This document shows, piece by piece, positions 26,543-36,404 of a stretch of DNA of 50,724 nucleotides. Source of the DNA: a virus (taxonomy: Duplodnaviria; Caudoviricetes); IMG/VR virus record IMGVR_UViG_3300027777_000051, positions 1-50,724 of that record; one strand, given 5' to 3'. Every line of letters starts with the position of its first letter. Positions within the stretch are counted from its first letter, which is position 1. A model generated the notes under the pieces. It saw nothing but the letters and a program-made list of their open reading frames with translations, was not told where the DNA came from and searched no databases. A program made the position numbers and the translations under genes.

Positions 26543-28048
26543 TTAGATATATTCGGTGATTTTAATGGACGACGTAACAGCAGGCAAACTATTAAACATA
26601 TCAGTAGCACCATCTAACGAGTTTAGAGCAACTTGATTAGTAACACAACCATAGTATGCTGAGAACGTAGTAGGAGTAACAATACCCCAAGACGCGATAG
26701 AATAAGTCAGAATAACCTGTGTAATAGCTCCAACAACATTTAACTGACAAGTCGTAGCAGCTACCATTGCAGTTGCACTAACACGAGAGTCTAAAAGTGC
26801 AGCAATCATATTAGTAGTATTAGCACTCTCAGCTAGATTGAGAATAACCTCAACATCAATGGTGGATGTAGCACTCGAGGGAGTAAAGGCTGCTGCAGAG
26901 AAACCTAGTTTTAGGTTAGTAGTAGTTAACGCAGCATTAAGAGCAGGACGGGCAGTAGGCGCAGTGTTGTAGTTGGTAATACTCTTGGCAGCTGATACAG
27001 TATTAACGCGCTGCAATATACGACCCAGCGTAGTAGGAGCAACCATAGCCCATGTTCCACTGTCTAAAGCACCAGCAGTTGCAACTTGAGGAACCTTACC
27101 AGCATTAGCTGTTGTAACTACGTTAACATCAGTAAACAAACTTGGCGGCTTTATTGTAATAAAGCCATTCTTATCTGTATTCACTCCAAGCACATCGCCA
27201 GCTGAAACACCAACTGCAGCTATTTGAATTGCAGAAGGAGTGGTATTTCTTTGTCCAGAGTATTTCGGGACAGATATGTTACATAATGGGTCAACACCAT
27301 TTACAGTATAAGCTTCTAACGTGCTATTACCTCTTGAGTTAGTAACGTCAACTAAACCGGTGGTTGGTGCATTAGAAAATACCTGACGAGCCGTTACACT
27401 ATTATCTATAATCTGTCCAGACGATGCTGGTGTCACTGCATTAAGTATAGGACTTCCGGCTACTGCTTGTCGAGCTATCTTGGTTTGTGTGACAGCCAGT
27501 GGTTTAATCACTGGAGTTCCAGGACTTGCACCTGAACCTTGCAAATCTCCCCAAACTAAACCAGCATTGGTAAATAGGGACGTAGTAAGAACACCATCAG
27601 CTGATATAGCAGTTAGCCCAGGATTTAGGGCAGCCAACCATGCAGCTACAATACCACCTTGTATGGATGCAGAGCTAACAGAACTTATGTTAGATGCTAC
27701 TATTGTATTTGCTGCTATTTGATAACCTTGGATAGACCCAGGAGCAATCGCGGCTTGTGATAAACTTACCCAGTTTAAGTATGTGGCATCAGTAGCACCA
27801 CCAGGATTCCAGACATAGCCAGTGACATACGTCGCAGAGATTCGAAGCCATACATATCGTTGCCATGCAGGTGTAGTTGAGGCATTAGGAATATTAGGAA
27901 CTCCAGCTACGTCGTTCGTAACCAGAACTAACCCACGGTCAGTTTCTGGAGTAGCAGAGTTTACTAGTTGAGCTAGTTGTGCACCAGATATAGTGGAAGC
28001 ACCAGTTGGGTCAAGTCCTACGATAAAATCATTTGCATTAATAGGCAT
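26543..28048 (-). CDS. Tail fibre-like protein
   Basis: Ala/Thr/Ser-rich with IAPGSI/IAANTI repeats; ends IKITEYI. Confidence 0.6.
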   Translation of the reverse strand: MPINANDFIVGLDPTGASTISGAQLAQLVNSATPETDRGLVLVTNDVAGVPNIPNASTTPAWQRYVWLRISATYVTGYVWNPGGATDATYLNWVSLSQAAIAPGSIQGYQIAANTIVASNISSVSSASIQGGIVAAWLAALNPGLTAISADGVLTTSLFTNAGLVWGDLQGSGASPGTPVIKPLAVTQTKIARQAVAGSPILNAVTPASSGQIIDNSVTARQVFSNAPTTGLVDVTNSRGNSTLEAYTVNGVDPLCNISVPKYSGQRNTTPSAIQIAAVGVSAGDVLGVNTDKNGFITIKPPSLFTDVNVVTTANAGKVPQVATAGALDSGTWAMVAPTTLGRILQRVNTVSAAKSITNYNTAPTARPALNAALTTTNLKLGFSAAAFTPSSATSTIDVEVILNLAESANTTNMIAALLDSRVSATAMVAATTCQLNVVGAITQVILTYSIASWGIVTPTTFSAYYGCVTNQVALNSLDGATDMFNSLPAVTSSIKITEYI

Positions 28049-28056
28049 AATTATTG

Positions 28057-29292
28057 TTAGTTGGTTGTTGAAACTGCATTTGCTGGAAAATTGAAGGGAA
28101 CATCAAAATGTGTAACAGAGTTATTAAAATATTTTTGGTTAAAGTAATTTACTACAGTTAGTGCTGCACCGAAACTATTATCAGAATACATAAGAATTTC
28201 ATACAGTGCCATATCGCTTATAAATCCACCAGCTGCGTTAGAATTAACAACAAGAGAATAATAATCATAGGCAAAGGCAGGCGCAGTTCCTTGAACTGTA
28301 TCTAGTATTTCTCCAGTTTTGGCATTGAATATATACCATTTGCCAGTGGAGGAGTCCATTATAATTGCATACCAAAAGTTGCCAGCGTTAGCAGGGATAG
28401 GATAGTTACTAGCTTTACCAAAGCAGGTAAATAGTTTTGTGGTATTGTCAAACGTTAGTGTGACTCCAGTGTCAGTTTGTAATACAGTCGCTGACTTATA
28501 GTTTGGAGTCATGTTGACTAACATTGCAAAACATCCATTTGGATAATAGTCAAGTGCTCCTCCTGACGTAAAAGTAATTTTGCCTGTGCTTTTGAAGTGA
28601 AATGGTTGGTTAACATTTGCAATAACTGTATTATAATCTGCAGTCATTACCATACCAAGCAAACTATCTGTCCATGTATTTAGTGTGCTGCTAGTTTTTG
28701 TAACTCCAGTATTAGAAGATAGTTTCTGAGTGATAGACGGTATATTAATTGGAGTTGTGTTTGCAGAAATACTGAACACCGTAGTCTCCGCATCAGGAGC
28801 TTTCAATACAGCATCAGACGCATATCGGTAATCCATCTTCCCTAGCACAGATGTATAGAAACTAATCCCTGTCGCCTGACTACATACTCCCTGTGACGTA
28901 TTCCAAATCTCAAAACGAAAATTCTTCTTAATCGATTGTCCAGTATATAGTGGGATGTTCTGGTTTAGGTTCGCGCCTTGAGCACTCCAAAGCATATACC
29001 GTGTGACAATCCCACCTACCCGATATGATATACAGAGAACATAGTTCACTGACGTAGGAACATCCTTCGCATATCCCGTCAAAGAGAAGTTATTCGGTGC
29101 TTCACAGTTAAACGCTGCAACTATATCCGAATACCCGTTCCATGTATTACCTGTCGTAAATGCCGGTAGAGTAACAAACGTAGAAGTCCTAGTAAGTTTT
29201 GTGACAGGATTAACGTCTAACCACCTTTGCAAAGTGCGCGGCCAAGTCCAAGCACCGATATCAGTAATAGGAGGTGGAACGAGAGGATACAT
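28057..29292 (-). CDS. Virion protein with possible LamG/lectin-like C-terminus
   Basis: Beta-rich; LYEILMYS...VVNYFNQKY ending. Confidence 0.5.
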   Translation of the reverse strand: MYPLVPPPITDIGAWTWPRTLQRWLDVNPVTKLTRTSTFVTLPAFTTGNTWNGYSDIVAAFNCEAPNNFSLTGYAKDVPTSVNYVLCISYRVGGIVTRYMLWSAQGANLNQNIPLYTGQSIKKNFRFEIWNTSQGVCSQATGISFYTSVLGKMDYRYASDAVLKAPDAETTVFSISANTTPINIPSITQKLSSNTGVTKTSSTLNTWTDSLLGMVMTADYNTVIANVNQPFHFKSTGKITFTSGGALDYYPNGCFAMLVNMTPNYKSATVLQTDTGVTLTFDNTTKLFTCFGKASNYPIPANAGNFWYAIIMDSSTGKWYIFNAKTGEILDTVQGTAPAFAYDYYSLVVNSNAAGGFISDMALYEILMYSDNSFGAALTVVNYFNQKYFNNSVTHFDVPFNFPANAVSTTN

Positions 29293-29293
29293 A

Positions 29294-29485
29294 TTATCGA
29301 TTTGTATAGTTTAATTGTTTCAACCAATCCATCATCACAGCAGGAGGGACAATGTAATTCGTCCCATCAAATCTTACCACTCGGTCTGACGGTATTACTA
29401 CCACTCGTGTCTTGCACCCTGTCATGCAGATAAGTGTTAATAAACTTAACATCACCGGTAACCACTGCTTTTTCAATGTCTTCAT
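29294..29485 (-). CDS. Outer-membrane lipoprotein, o-spanin (Rz1)-like
   Basis: Signal peptide with lipobox MTGC; overlaps the upstream gene in another frame. Confidence 0.65.
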   Translation of the reverse strand: MKTLKKQWLPVMLSLLTLICMTGCKTRVVVIPSDRVVRFDGTNYIVPPAVMMDWLKQLNYTNR

Positions 29486-29585
29486 CGGTTTGTTCCTTCT
29501 TCGCCGCTGGAGTCATACTAGCAGAGATAAGGTTCAAGAAGAACGGTATCAACGCTGCTAGTATGACTATGATTCCAGAGGCCAT
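29367..29585 (-). CDS. i-spanin (Rz)-like inner-membrane protein
   Basis: Single N-terminal TM segment; overlapped by the lipoprotein gene. Confidence 0.55.
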   Translation of the reverse strand: MASGIIVILAALIPFFLNLISASMTPAAKKEQTDEDIEKAVVTGDVKFINTYLHDRVQDTSGSNTVRPSGKI

Positions 29586-29590
29586 GTTAG

Positions 29591-29938
29591 TTATTTCTTG
29601 AGCAACCCGCGCACCATGGTATAAACGCCAGACAACGCACCGATGATAGTCGCTGCGTCAACAGAGGGGACTTTCCCCATCGCACCCATGATAGCTACGA
29701 CAGAGCAAACAACCGTGACAATCCAGAACTCGGATGTCTTATATCCAGCCTTAATCGTCGGCAATGCGGCTTGGATGTCAGCCCAGTCTTTTTTGATTTC
29801 AGGTGCAAGTGCGGGAAGCAAAGCAGCAACACCGGACGCTCCGTTTGATTTATACGCAGCGATTAACGCTGTGATTTCTTTCTCTGCTTGAACCACATCA
29901 GTCACGACGGGTTGGATTACTTCAATGGTTTCGGGCAT
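29591..29938 (-). CDS. Holin-like membrane protein
   Basis: GYKTSEFW followed by two hydrophobic helices and a basic tail. Confidence 0.65.
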   Translation of the reverse strand: MPETIEVIQPVVTDVVQAEKEITALIAAYKSNGASGVAALLPALAPEIKKDWADIQAALPTIKAGYKTSEFWIVTVVCSVVAIMGAMGKVPSVDAATIIGALSGVYTMVRGLLKK

Positions 29939-29953
29939 ATAGTTATCTTTCGT

Positions 29954-30313
29954 TTAATTATTATTACTGTGTGAAGTTAGACTCTCAATCTTGTCAGACA
30001 CGTGTTGAATAGCTAACCTCTGTTCAACATTATTCTTATCTACTTTGTCTGACAAATCACGCTGACCTTGCGATAGGGTTTTGTTCCATACCGTCATAGC
30101 ATCCATGTCCTTGCTATGTGCTGACTGTGTCTCAAACGACTCCGTGATTGCTTGCTTCAAAGTAGAAACATTTGCATCAGAGTGTGCCGTAAGGTCGGAC
30201 TTAACACCATCAACCTTCGCATTAAAGCCCCATACACCGAGGCTGATAATAACAGGCGTTAGTATGGTGAAGAACATGTTGATGTTGTCTTTGTTCACAA
30301 GTAAGGTTTTCAC
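29954..30313 (-). CDS. Membrane-anchored coiled-coil protein (lysis cluster)
   Basis: One N-terminal TM segment then a helical region. Confidence 0.55.
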   Translation of the reverse strand: MKTLLVNKDNINMFFTILTPVIISLGVWGFNAKVDGVKSDLTAHSDANVSTLKQAITESFETQSAHSKDMDAMTVWNKTLSQGQRDLSDKVDKNNVEQRLAIQHVSDKIESLTSHSNNN

Positions 30314-30318
30314 ATGGT

Positions 30319-30699
30319 TTAGTTACTAACCGCCTTCGTAAAAGTCGCACTACCGACATATCCATTGGTTGTCAGCCTGAACGTAGCCTTCACAAAGTTC
30401 GTCGCGTCATAACCAGATGGCGGAAGATTCGACGTGCCAATCGCGGCAACAAACATTGGCATGGGAATCTCCGCTTGAGTGGGCGGAAAGGGTGCTATGC
30501 TAATCACGGCATTTGTGCCTTTGACATTCACGCTGCCGCTCTTGACTACAAGGTTAGAGAGTAGCTGCTGCGCTACTTCGGGAGCGATTGTGAAGTCAAC
30601 CGTCTTGGACTCACTAGCAACAGTGGCCGAGACTTGAGCGTTGGAGTTGATAACCCCTGCCACAAGAGCAAGGCCGATTATTAAGGATAGTTTTTTCAT
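30319..30699 (-). CDS. Hypothetical protein with signal-peptide-like N-terminus
   Basis: MKKLSLIIGLALVAGVINSNA-Q. Confidence 0.7.
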   Translation of the reverse strand: MKKLSLIIGLALVAGVINSNAQVSATVASESKTVDFTIAPEVAQQLLSNLVVKSGSVNVKGTNAVISIAPFPPTQAEIPMPMFVAAIGTSNLPPSGYDATNFVKATFRLTTNGYVGSATFTKAVSN

Positions 30700-30705
30700 A
30701 GTAGG

Positions 30706-32007
30706 TTATTGTATGCGGATATAGGCTCCACCCGTAGTAGTTGCTTGATACGCGATAGTTTGTCCTGCGATTAAAGAGGTCACTGCTGAGTCAAGATAAG
30801 AACCACCACTAACAGTTAGCGCTGTCACTATTGACTTGGAATGAATACGGAAAGTTTGTCCAACAGAAGTTGATGAAGGCAATGCCACGGTGATGGATGT
30901 AATTGTGGAACCGCTCGATAGATAAACCGTGTCGTTCCAGTAAGTCGTGGTCGCGGTGACTGTGCCAGAAGTAGCTGACGATATTTCCACATTGGGCTTC
31001 TCGATTAGACCGTTGATTGAGACAACGCCTGTTGTGCTTATTGCGATTTCCGCCGAGCCACCTGTGTCTATCTGAAAGGTAGTTGACGATGGTCGAAAGA
31101 TTCTTGTGCTTGAGGAAATACCCGAGCCGAAGACGAATGGTATGGCGACTCCCTGTGTCCTGCAAATAAAATTGTATTGAATAGCTCCACTAGCTAAGGC
31201 AAGACGCAAAAGAGGTTCACCCTCAACGTAGCCAATAGTTCCAATGTTGAAATCCATAGATGGCGCACCAGCAACTGACGACATATCCAGTGAGTTTGAA
31301 GAACCATAGGTTGAATAAATCCAAGGAGGCAAATCACCGCCACCACTAGTCGTCCAAACTCCATTGCCCGCACCATCAGAAACCAAATACTGTCCGGCAG
31401 TTCCGGCTGACTGATAATTGCTAAAGAAATCGTCAAAGGTTTGGGTAGCATAATCTGCACTATCAGCATATCCAGCACTATCAGCATAATCTGCATAACC
31501 AGCAGTTAGGCTTGACGCATAACCAGTAAGTCCGCTGCCGCTGCCGGTGAAGGTTGCAGCGGTTACATCATGTGGAAAAATTGCATTGCCAGCACTATCG
31601 CCTAAATAAATTGCTCCGTTTGTGCCGCAGCCAATAGCTATGTGACCATAGCCACCACTATCCACATCGCAGATTACATAGTTGTCGCCATCAAGTCCCG
31701 GAGCTAATTGGTTATTAGTGCCAATGACCCCAAATCCGCGATAGTAAGCATAAAAGTAACGGCTCTGATTATTTCCATAAACGGTATTCTTCGCCAGAAA
31801 TGGGTAGTCGTAATTTGTTTGACCATAGCCAATGAAGGAAAGTCCCCCAAACACATTCGCTCTATTCGTCAAATTCACCACGCCGGTGTAGTTCGACGAG
31901 ATGCCGGAAGAGCCGCCAGAACCAGCAACAGGTGATAGTGTTCCATTAACTAATCCTGCACCATAGCAGGACGAACTAACCAACAAAATTGATAAAATCG
32001 TCTTCAC
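30706..32007 (-). CDS. Fibre/spike-like protein with signal-peptide-like N-terminus
   Basis: MKTILSILLVSSSCYG-A; ATFTGSGSGLTG, YADSA repeats, GTAGQYLVSDGAG. Confidence 0.65.
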   Translation of the reverse strand: MKTILSILLVSSSCYGAGLVNGTLSPVAGSGGSSGISSNYTGVVNLTNRANVFGGLSFIGYGQTNYDYPFLAKNTVYGNNQSRYFYAYYRGFGVIGTNNQLAPGLDGDNYVICDVDSGGYGHIAIGCGTNGAIYLGDSAGNAIFPHDVTAATFTGSGSGLTGYASSLTAGYADYADSAGYADSADYATQTFDDFFSNYQSAGTAGQYLVSDGAGNGVWTTSGGGDLPPWIYSTYGSSNSLDMSSVAGAPSMDFNIGTIGYVEGEPLLRLALASGAIQYNFICRTQGVAIPFVFGSGISSSTRIFRPSSTTFQIDTGGSAEIAISTTGVVSINGLIEKPNVEISSATSGTVTATTTYWNDTVYLSSGSTITSITVALPSSTSVGQTFRIHSKSIVTALTVSGGSYLDSAVTSLIAGQTIAYQATTTGGAYIRIQ

Positions 32008-32405
32008 TATACTCCAATAATCTGATTAATAATTCCACCAGTTCCCTGAGCTAAGTCATTACGTTTAAGTATTGTAATAGCAATAGTAGTTCCGGCTACT
32101 GACATACAGTTAATTTTCTGTCCACAATTAGAAACATCTAACTGCTGTCCTGGGCCAAAACCATTAGCATCAGTAGCTGCCGCTCCAGCAAGTATACCAT
32201 TAAAATTGGTCTTATCTGTGTCATGCCCGAAAGAATAATAGCAAGGATTAGCACCGACATTCTGAATATACCTCGCACAATACTCTCCTCTGTCACCAGT
32301 GATGTCTGCAAGAACATCTTTCGCAACCCCAGCAGCAAGAACCACAGGAGGAAAAGGAACATTAACCACACTTTTCTCAACGGAATTTTGAACTCGAATA
32401 GACAT
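32007..32405 (-). CDS. Hypothetical virion-module protein
   Basis: 132-aa ORF; YIQNVGANPCY resembles small beta-sandwich proteins. Confidence 0.65.
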   Translation of the reverse strand: MSIRVQNSVEKSVVNVPFPPVVLAAGVAKDVLADITGDRGEYCARYIQNVGANPCYYSFGHDTDKTNFNGILAGAAATDANGFGPGQQLDVSNCGQKINCMSVAGTTIAITILKRNDLAQGTGGIINQIIGV

Positions 32406-32423
32406 AAGTAATAGAGGAGAATA

Positions 32424-32456
32424 GGTAGTGTGAAGAGCTTAATCACTCACACTACC
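32424..32456 (-). terminator. Hairpin after the capsid transcription unit (possible terminator)
   Basis: GGTAGTGTGA/TCACACTACC 10-bp stem; weak U-tract. Confidence 0.5.
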
Positions 32457-32471
32457 ATTGTTTAGTAACTC

Positions 32472-32969
32472 TTAGTAAGTAATAACCACAGTAGCAGTTC
32501 CAGAACCTTGGTTCGTGAGAAGCACACCTTGGTCGAAGTAATAGTTCACACCTTGAAACACCGCAGTGCTATTAGCAACAGCACCAGCAATGAGACGAGT
32601 GGCATAACTATTCGTTGATGCAGCGACAGTATTAGTCACGTCATATAACACAACGATAGGGGTAGGATTCGTTTGAATAACTCCATAGAAGTTAGTCCAA
32701 GTTGTATTCCAGTTAGTGCCATACGAAAGCATATTCGTATATGCTTTATTGATATATGTAAGATTCGTTGAAGGAGCATCAATCAACGCAACTAGAGCAT
32801 TAGTAGCAGTAGTAGCAGTGATACCAACTTGACGAACTTGAAACGAACCAACATTCGCCGATGCAGTAACTAGACTGAACACACCACCAGGGTTAATGGT
32901 AGTAGAAACAGACGTAGCAGAAGCAACAAGCGTGACGCCCATAAGGGCAGAGATAAGATACTTTTTCAT
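32472..32969 (-). CDS. Capsid-associated protein with signal-peptide-like N-terminus
   Basis: MKKYLISALMGVTLVASA-T; directly follows the capsid gene. Confidence 0.7.
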   Translation of the reverse strand: MKKYLISALMGVTLVASATSVSTTINPGGVFSLVTASANVGSFQVRQVGITATTATNALVALIDAPSTNLTYINKAYTNMLSYGTNWNTTWTNFYGVIQTNPTPIVVLYDVTNTVAASTNSYATRLIAGAVANSTAVFQGVNYYFDQGVLLTNQGSGTATVVITY

Positions 32970-33003
32970 ATTCTTGTAGTATTATTTAGGTTGTGGTTAT
33001 TGT

Positions 33004-34338
33004 TTAGTTAACTGCCACAGCCGGACGGCTACGAGCAATAATCATAGGAAATGCAAAACGACGTTCAGTCATAATCAATCCATGAGTAAGCTGAGCTTTT
33101 AGCTGCAAGTTTTCACCGAAGTCGTTGAGTTCGATTGAACCATCGGCATTGGTGATAAGAATCTGGTCAGTCAAGCGAACTTCGCCATTCCAACGGAGAG
33201 AATAGAACTTCTCACCAGACATATTCTTCGTAGCAAACTCTTTCGGCGGAGGGCCAACTTTGAGAGTCTTGCAATAGTTATCACCGAGCAACCAAGCGAT
33301 AGAGTAAGGAGCAGAAACGAGTGACGTATAATACGGATTCGGTTTCCACTTCTGGTCAATCGGGTCGAAGATTTCAGGGTCAATCGGGAAACCAGCTTTC
33401 CAGAGGACATTGTTATTCGGGTCAACCACATCGACCGTATTGAAACGAATCGGATATTTCTTAATCTTGCAAGTGATAGTGCCAAACAGTGAACCCTTGA
33501 AATCGTTGAACAACAAATCTAGGTTCACAGACTTCAATTGACCTTGAACACCATTAATACCATTAACGTCAGGGTCAAAGGTAAAGTTAAACCAATCTTC
33601 TGAACCACAGAATAGGGCATACTTACCTTTCAAACCTTCGTTATCTTTGGGCATATTCTTTGCACCAGAGAAGGACGGAGCGCCAAGGTCGTCTTGGAGA
33701 TTCATAATCGCACGATACACATCGCGCAACCGGAGATTCTGAATAACACCAGTGTTACCACCAGTGCCATTGGTCGTAGAAACCAACCAAGCAGCAGTCT
33801 TACTATTCGCTGCACTGAGGGTTACGTTACCGGCAGCAGTAGGAGCACCACCGACGAGGCCAGTGCCACAGAGATACACATATGTAGCATTAAACCACAT
33901 CTGAGTTTCAATGAACTGGTTATTCGAAACAGCAATCTGTTTAACAATATCGTCAGAGTTAAACTTGATATACTTATCCCAGAACACTTGGAAAGACGGG
34001 AGGAAGTTAAACACAAACGAACCATACTTGTGTTTGTAGAGAATCGCCGTTTCATTCGATTCACTAATTTGGTAGATGTCTTTGTTAGACGCTACCGTAA
34101 TAGGATTCGGAAAGAAGAACGAACGACCAACAGGAGAACGCTGAGGAGTAACAGCTTCCATTGTGCTACCCATGTTCTCTTGCCACGGAATAGTTCCATA
34201 CATCTGGTCGAACTCATTCCAACCGGAATACTGTTCGATTTCGTTATGAACGAGATAGAAGGGAAGTTGAGCGAACCGATTTACTGGTTCGATGATTGCA
34301 TTACTAAACTGACCGGGTTGATTATAAAAACTAGGCAT
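33004..34338 (-). CDS. Major capsid protein
   Basis: 444 aa after portal and scaffold, with its own promoter; fold not verifiable by eye. Confidence 0.7.
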   Translation of the reverse strand: MPSFYNQPGQFSNAIIEPVNRFAQLPFYLVHNEIEQYSGWNEFDQMYGTIPWQENMGSTMEAVTPQRSPVGRSFFFPNPITVASNKDIYQISESNETAILYKHKYGSFVFNFLPSFQVFWDKYIKFNSDDIVKQIAVSNNQFIETQMWFNATYVYLCGTGLVGGAPTAAGNVTLSAANSKTAAWLVSTTNGTGGNTGVIQNLRLRDVYRAIMNLQDDLGAPSFSGAKNMPKDNEGLKGKYALFCGSEDWFNFTFDPDVNGINGVQGQLKSVNLDLLFNDFKGSLFGTITCKIKKYPIRFNTVDVVDPNNNVLWKAGFPIDPEIFDPIDQKWKPNPYYTSLVSAPYSIAWLLGDNYCKTLKVGPPPKEFATKNMSGEKFYSLRWNGEVRLTDQILITNADGSIELNDFGENLQLKAQLTHGLIMTERRFAFPMIIARSRPAVAVN

Positions 34339-34492
34339 AAACCTTATATTTAATTGTTAATGTTAAACCGACTCAATGGATGAGTTAAAACGTAACTCAC
34401 GAACCGAGTTGATGCCCTTCAACAACTGCTAGAGGCTTATGTCTCATGCTCTTGAGACTTATTAGAAGCTACTGCTCTGCTGACTGATACAT

Positions 34493-34508
34493 AGCAAGAA
34501 TCATGCCA
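34493..34508 (-). promoter_or_regulatory. Sigma54 promoter TGGCATGATTCTTGCT for the capsid gene
   Basis: Consensus match, intergenic, about 155 nt upstream of the capsid ATG. Confidence 0.9.
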
Positions 34509-34548
34509 ACTGGATTTAATGTCACAGTTGGCATGATACCACTACATA

Positions 34549-35748
34549 CTATGTCGGTAAACCATCTAATGTAAACACCGAAGGAATACCCTTCTCTTTC
34601 AACTTCGATGGGGTAGTTTCTGACGCATCAGACGTTGGTTCTCCTCGTGCCATCTCTGCTTGTTTGATAGTAGCGACTTGTTGTCCATTACGAGCTTCGC
34701 GTAACTCCGCGCCTTGAATAATCATTGCAACCATCATATCAGATGCTACCTCTACTCCTACGCTATTCTTGAGATATGGAGGAAACAAATCTTTGAAGTC
34801 AGACTTAATAGCAGAAATCTTCTTCTGACCTTGTCCTTCAACCTCGACAGAATAATCCAGCAACTTAGAGTCTTGCACCCATGCAAAACGAGCATTCCGT
34901 TCGTTGTTAATCTCCTGTAAGTCTTGGTTGATTCGTTGCTTAAATTGCTGAGGAAATGTCTGTAACGTCTGTTCATTTTGGCGCACAGCATTGATACAGG
35001 CGTTGAGGTTAGACGTAACACGAATCTCATCACGGTCAGTAGCAGGACGAGGTTTCGAGAAGATGGGATTATTATTAGCATCAAACCCTGTGATGTCACG
35101 AAACTCTTTACCGGCTTTAATATCCAACAACGCCTGTTCCCAAGCACGCCCTTCTGTGCGAGCGAGATAGTCATTCGTCTGCAACTCTTGATATTGAGGA
35201 GAGAGTGTATAACCCTGTTCGTGCTGCAAGTAATTAGAATCTTTCAACGACGACAGTTGTTTGTTCTCCTCGACTAATTTAATATATGCCTCTCTCGACT
35301 GACGAGACATGTTCTTGAGGTTAATCTGGTCTTGCGTAGAGAACTTCGAATAGTCAAAAGTATCAGCTTCCTCTTTCTTCTCTTTAACTGGAGTAATAAG
35401 CTTACTAACAGGCTTAGTATCTCCGGCTTTAGCCACTAATTTCTCTTCTTTCTTACCCTCAGGCGGAGTAAGAACTGACTTCTTTTCTTCCTTCTTTGCG
35501 ACCTCCGTTGTAGGTTTAGCCTCTTCTTTGACCGCTTCAACAGTCTTAACAGTTTCTTCTTGCTTAATTGCTGCAGGTTCGGACTTAATCTCTTTACCAC
35601 TGTCTAACGTAATAGTCGTTCCATCATCTTTACCAATGAGTGACGGCTCAGTAGTAAACGTCATTGCTAACGCTTCCTTCGGAACTTCTGTTGGCATCTC
35701 AGGAGTAAATCCTGAACCAGTTACTGCGGGTTTAATATCAGCGGGCAT
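34549..35748 (-). CDS. Scaffolding protein
   Basis: Lys/Glu/Pro-rich N-terminus, helical body, directly upstream of the capsid gene. Confidence 0.65.
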   Translation of the reverse strand: MPADIKPAVTGSGFTPEMPTEVPKEALAMTFTTEPSLIGKDDGTTITLDSGKEIKSEPAAIKQEETVKTVEAVKEEAKPTTEVAKKEEKKSVLTPPEGKKEEKLVAKAGDTKPVSKLITPVKEKKEEADTFDYSKFSTQDQINLKNMSRQSREAYIKLVEENKQLSSLKDSNYLQHEQGYTLSPQYQELQTNDYLARTEGRAWEQALLDIKAGKEFRDITGFDANNNPIFSKPRPATDRDEIRVTSNLNACINAVRQNEQTLQTFPQQFKQRINQDLQEINNERNARFAWVQDSKLLDYSVEVEGQGQKKISAIKSDFKDLFPPYLKNSVGVEVASDMMVAMIIQGAELREARNGQQVATIKQAEMARGEPTSDASETTPSKLKEKGIPSVFTLDGLPT

Positions 35749-35763
35749 ATCTATTTCTTTCTC

Positions 35764-36021
35764 TTAGTTTTGTTTAGTTGACTGTTCAATGAACTTATTC
35801 GTGTTGTTTATCATGGCTATCATTCCGTCTATTGTTCGGATACCATACGCTTGTAGACGGAATGAAATCTCTGGTTCAGCAGTATTGCCTGCACCTGCAG
35901 ATAACGCACGAACGAAGGATTGTTTATATTTCTCAAGATTCTTTAACATATCCTTTGTAGTAGGGTGTTGTAACCAATCTTGATGTTGTTGTGCTGCTAC
36001 TGTTTCGGGTGTAATTTCCAT
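35764..36021 (-). CDS. Hypothetical protein (post-portal small protein)
   Basis: WLQHPTTK pattern; ATG at 36021. Confidence 0.65.
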   Translation of the reverse strand: MEITPETVAAQQHQDWLQHPTTKDMLKNLEKYKQSFVRALSAGAGNTAEPEISFRLQAYGIRTIDGMIAMINNTNKFIEQSTKQN

Positions 36022-36026
36022 ATGGT

Positions 36027-36215
36027 TTAATAATGAAAAGGAAACATGTAATAAGAAAGTATTGGACACTTCACGTCAAACCATATACGAAATCTATCAT
36101 ACAGAGTTAAGTGAATCTTGTGTGCAATATTACCTTTAACTTTATCTTCATAATGAATATCACCATCATGGGTTTCATTATTTCTAACATGTATTTTACA
36201 TACGTCTTGTGTCAT
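36027..36215 (-). CDS. Hypothetical protein
   Basis: 62-aa ORF in tight packing. Confidence 0.5.
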   Translation of the reverse strand: MTQDVCKIHVRNNETHDGDIHYEDKVKGNIAHKIHLTLYDRFRIWFDVKCPILSYYMFPFHY

Positions 36216-36217
36216 AT

Positions 36218-36394
36218 TTATAGTCCGTTATTGTTGGGAGAATTATCTATTAAGTTTCTAGCATCATCTAAACTAAATGTCATATTAGTAGCAGCTTCTC
36301 TGCTAGACTTGATTGCTTTCATGTATTTTTTATATCGAGATTTATTCTCAAATCTTTGTGTCCTAACTCTTAACCATTCAACTATTTTTAACAT
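36218..36394 (-). CDS. Hypothetical protein (58 aa)
   Basis: Read by eye, MLKIVEWLRVR... Confidence 0.5.
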   Translation of the reverse strand: MLKIVEWLRVRTQRFENKSRYKKYMKAIKSSREAATNMTFSLDDARNLIDNSPNNNGL

Positions 36395-36404
36395 ATTATC
36401 CTTT

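Noticed and set aside
31447-31498. Short tandem DNA repeats
   Set aside because: Explained by YADSA-type peptide repeats of the fibre-like protein
33694-34353. 219-aa plus-strand ORF and similar antisense ORFs (e.g. 3062-3535, 8654-9220, 48116-48646)
   Set aside because: Shadow frames of well-supported genes on the opposite strand
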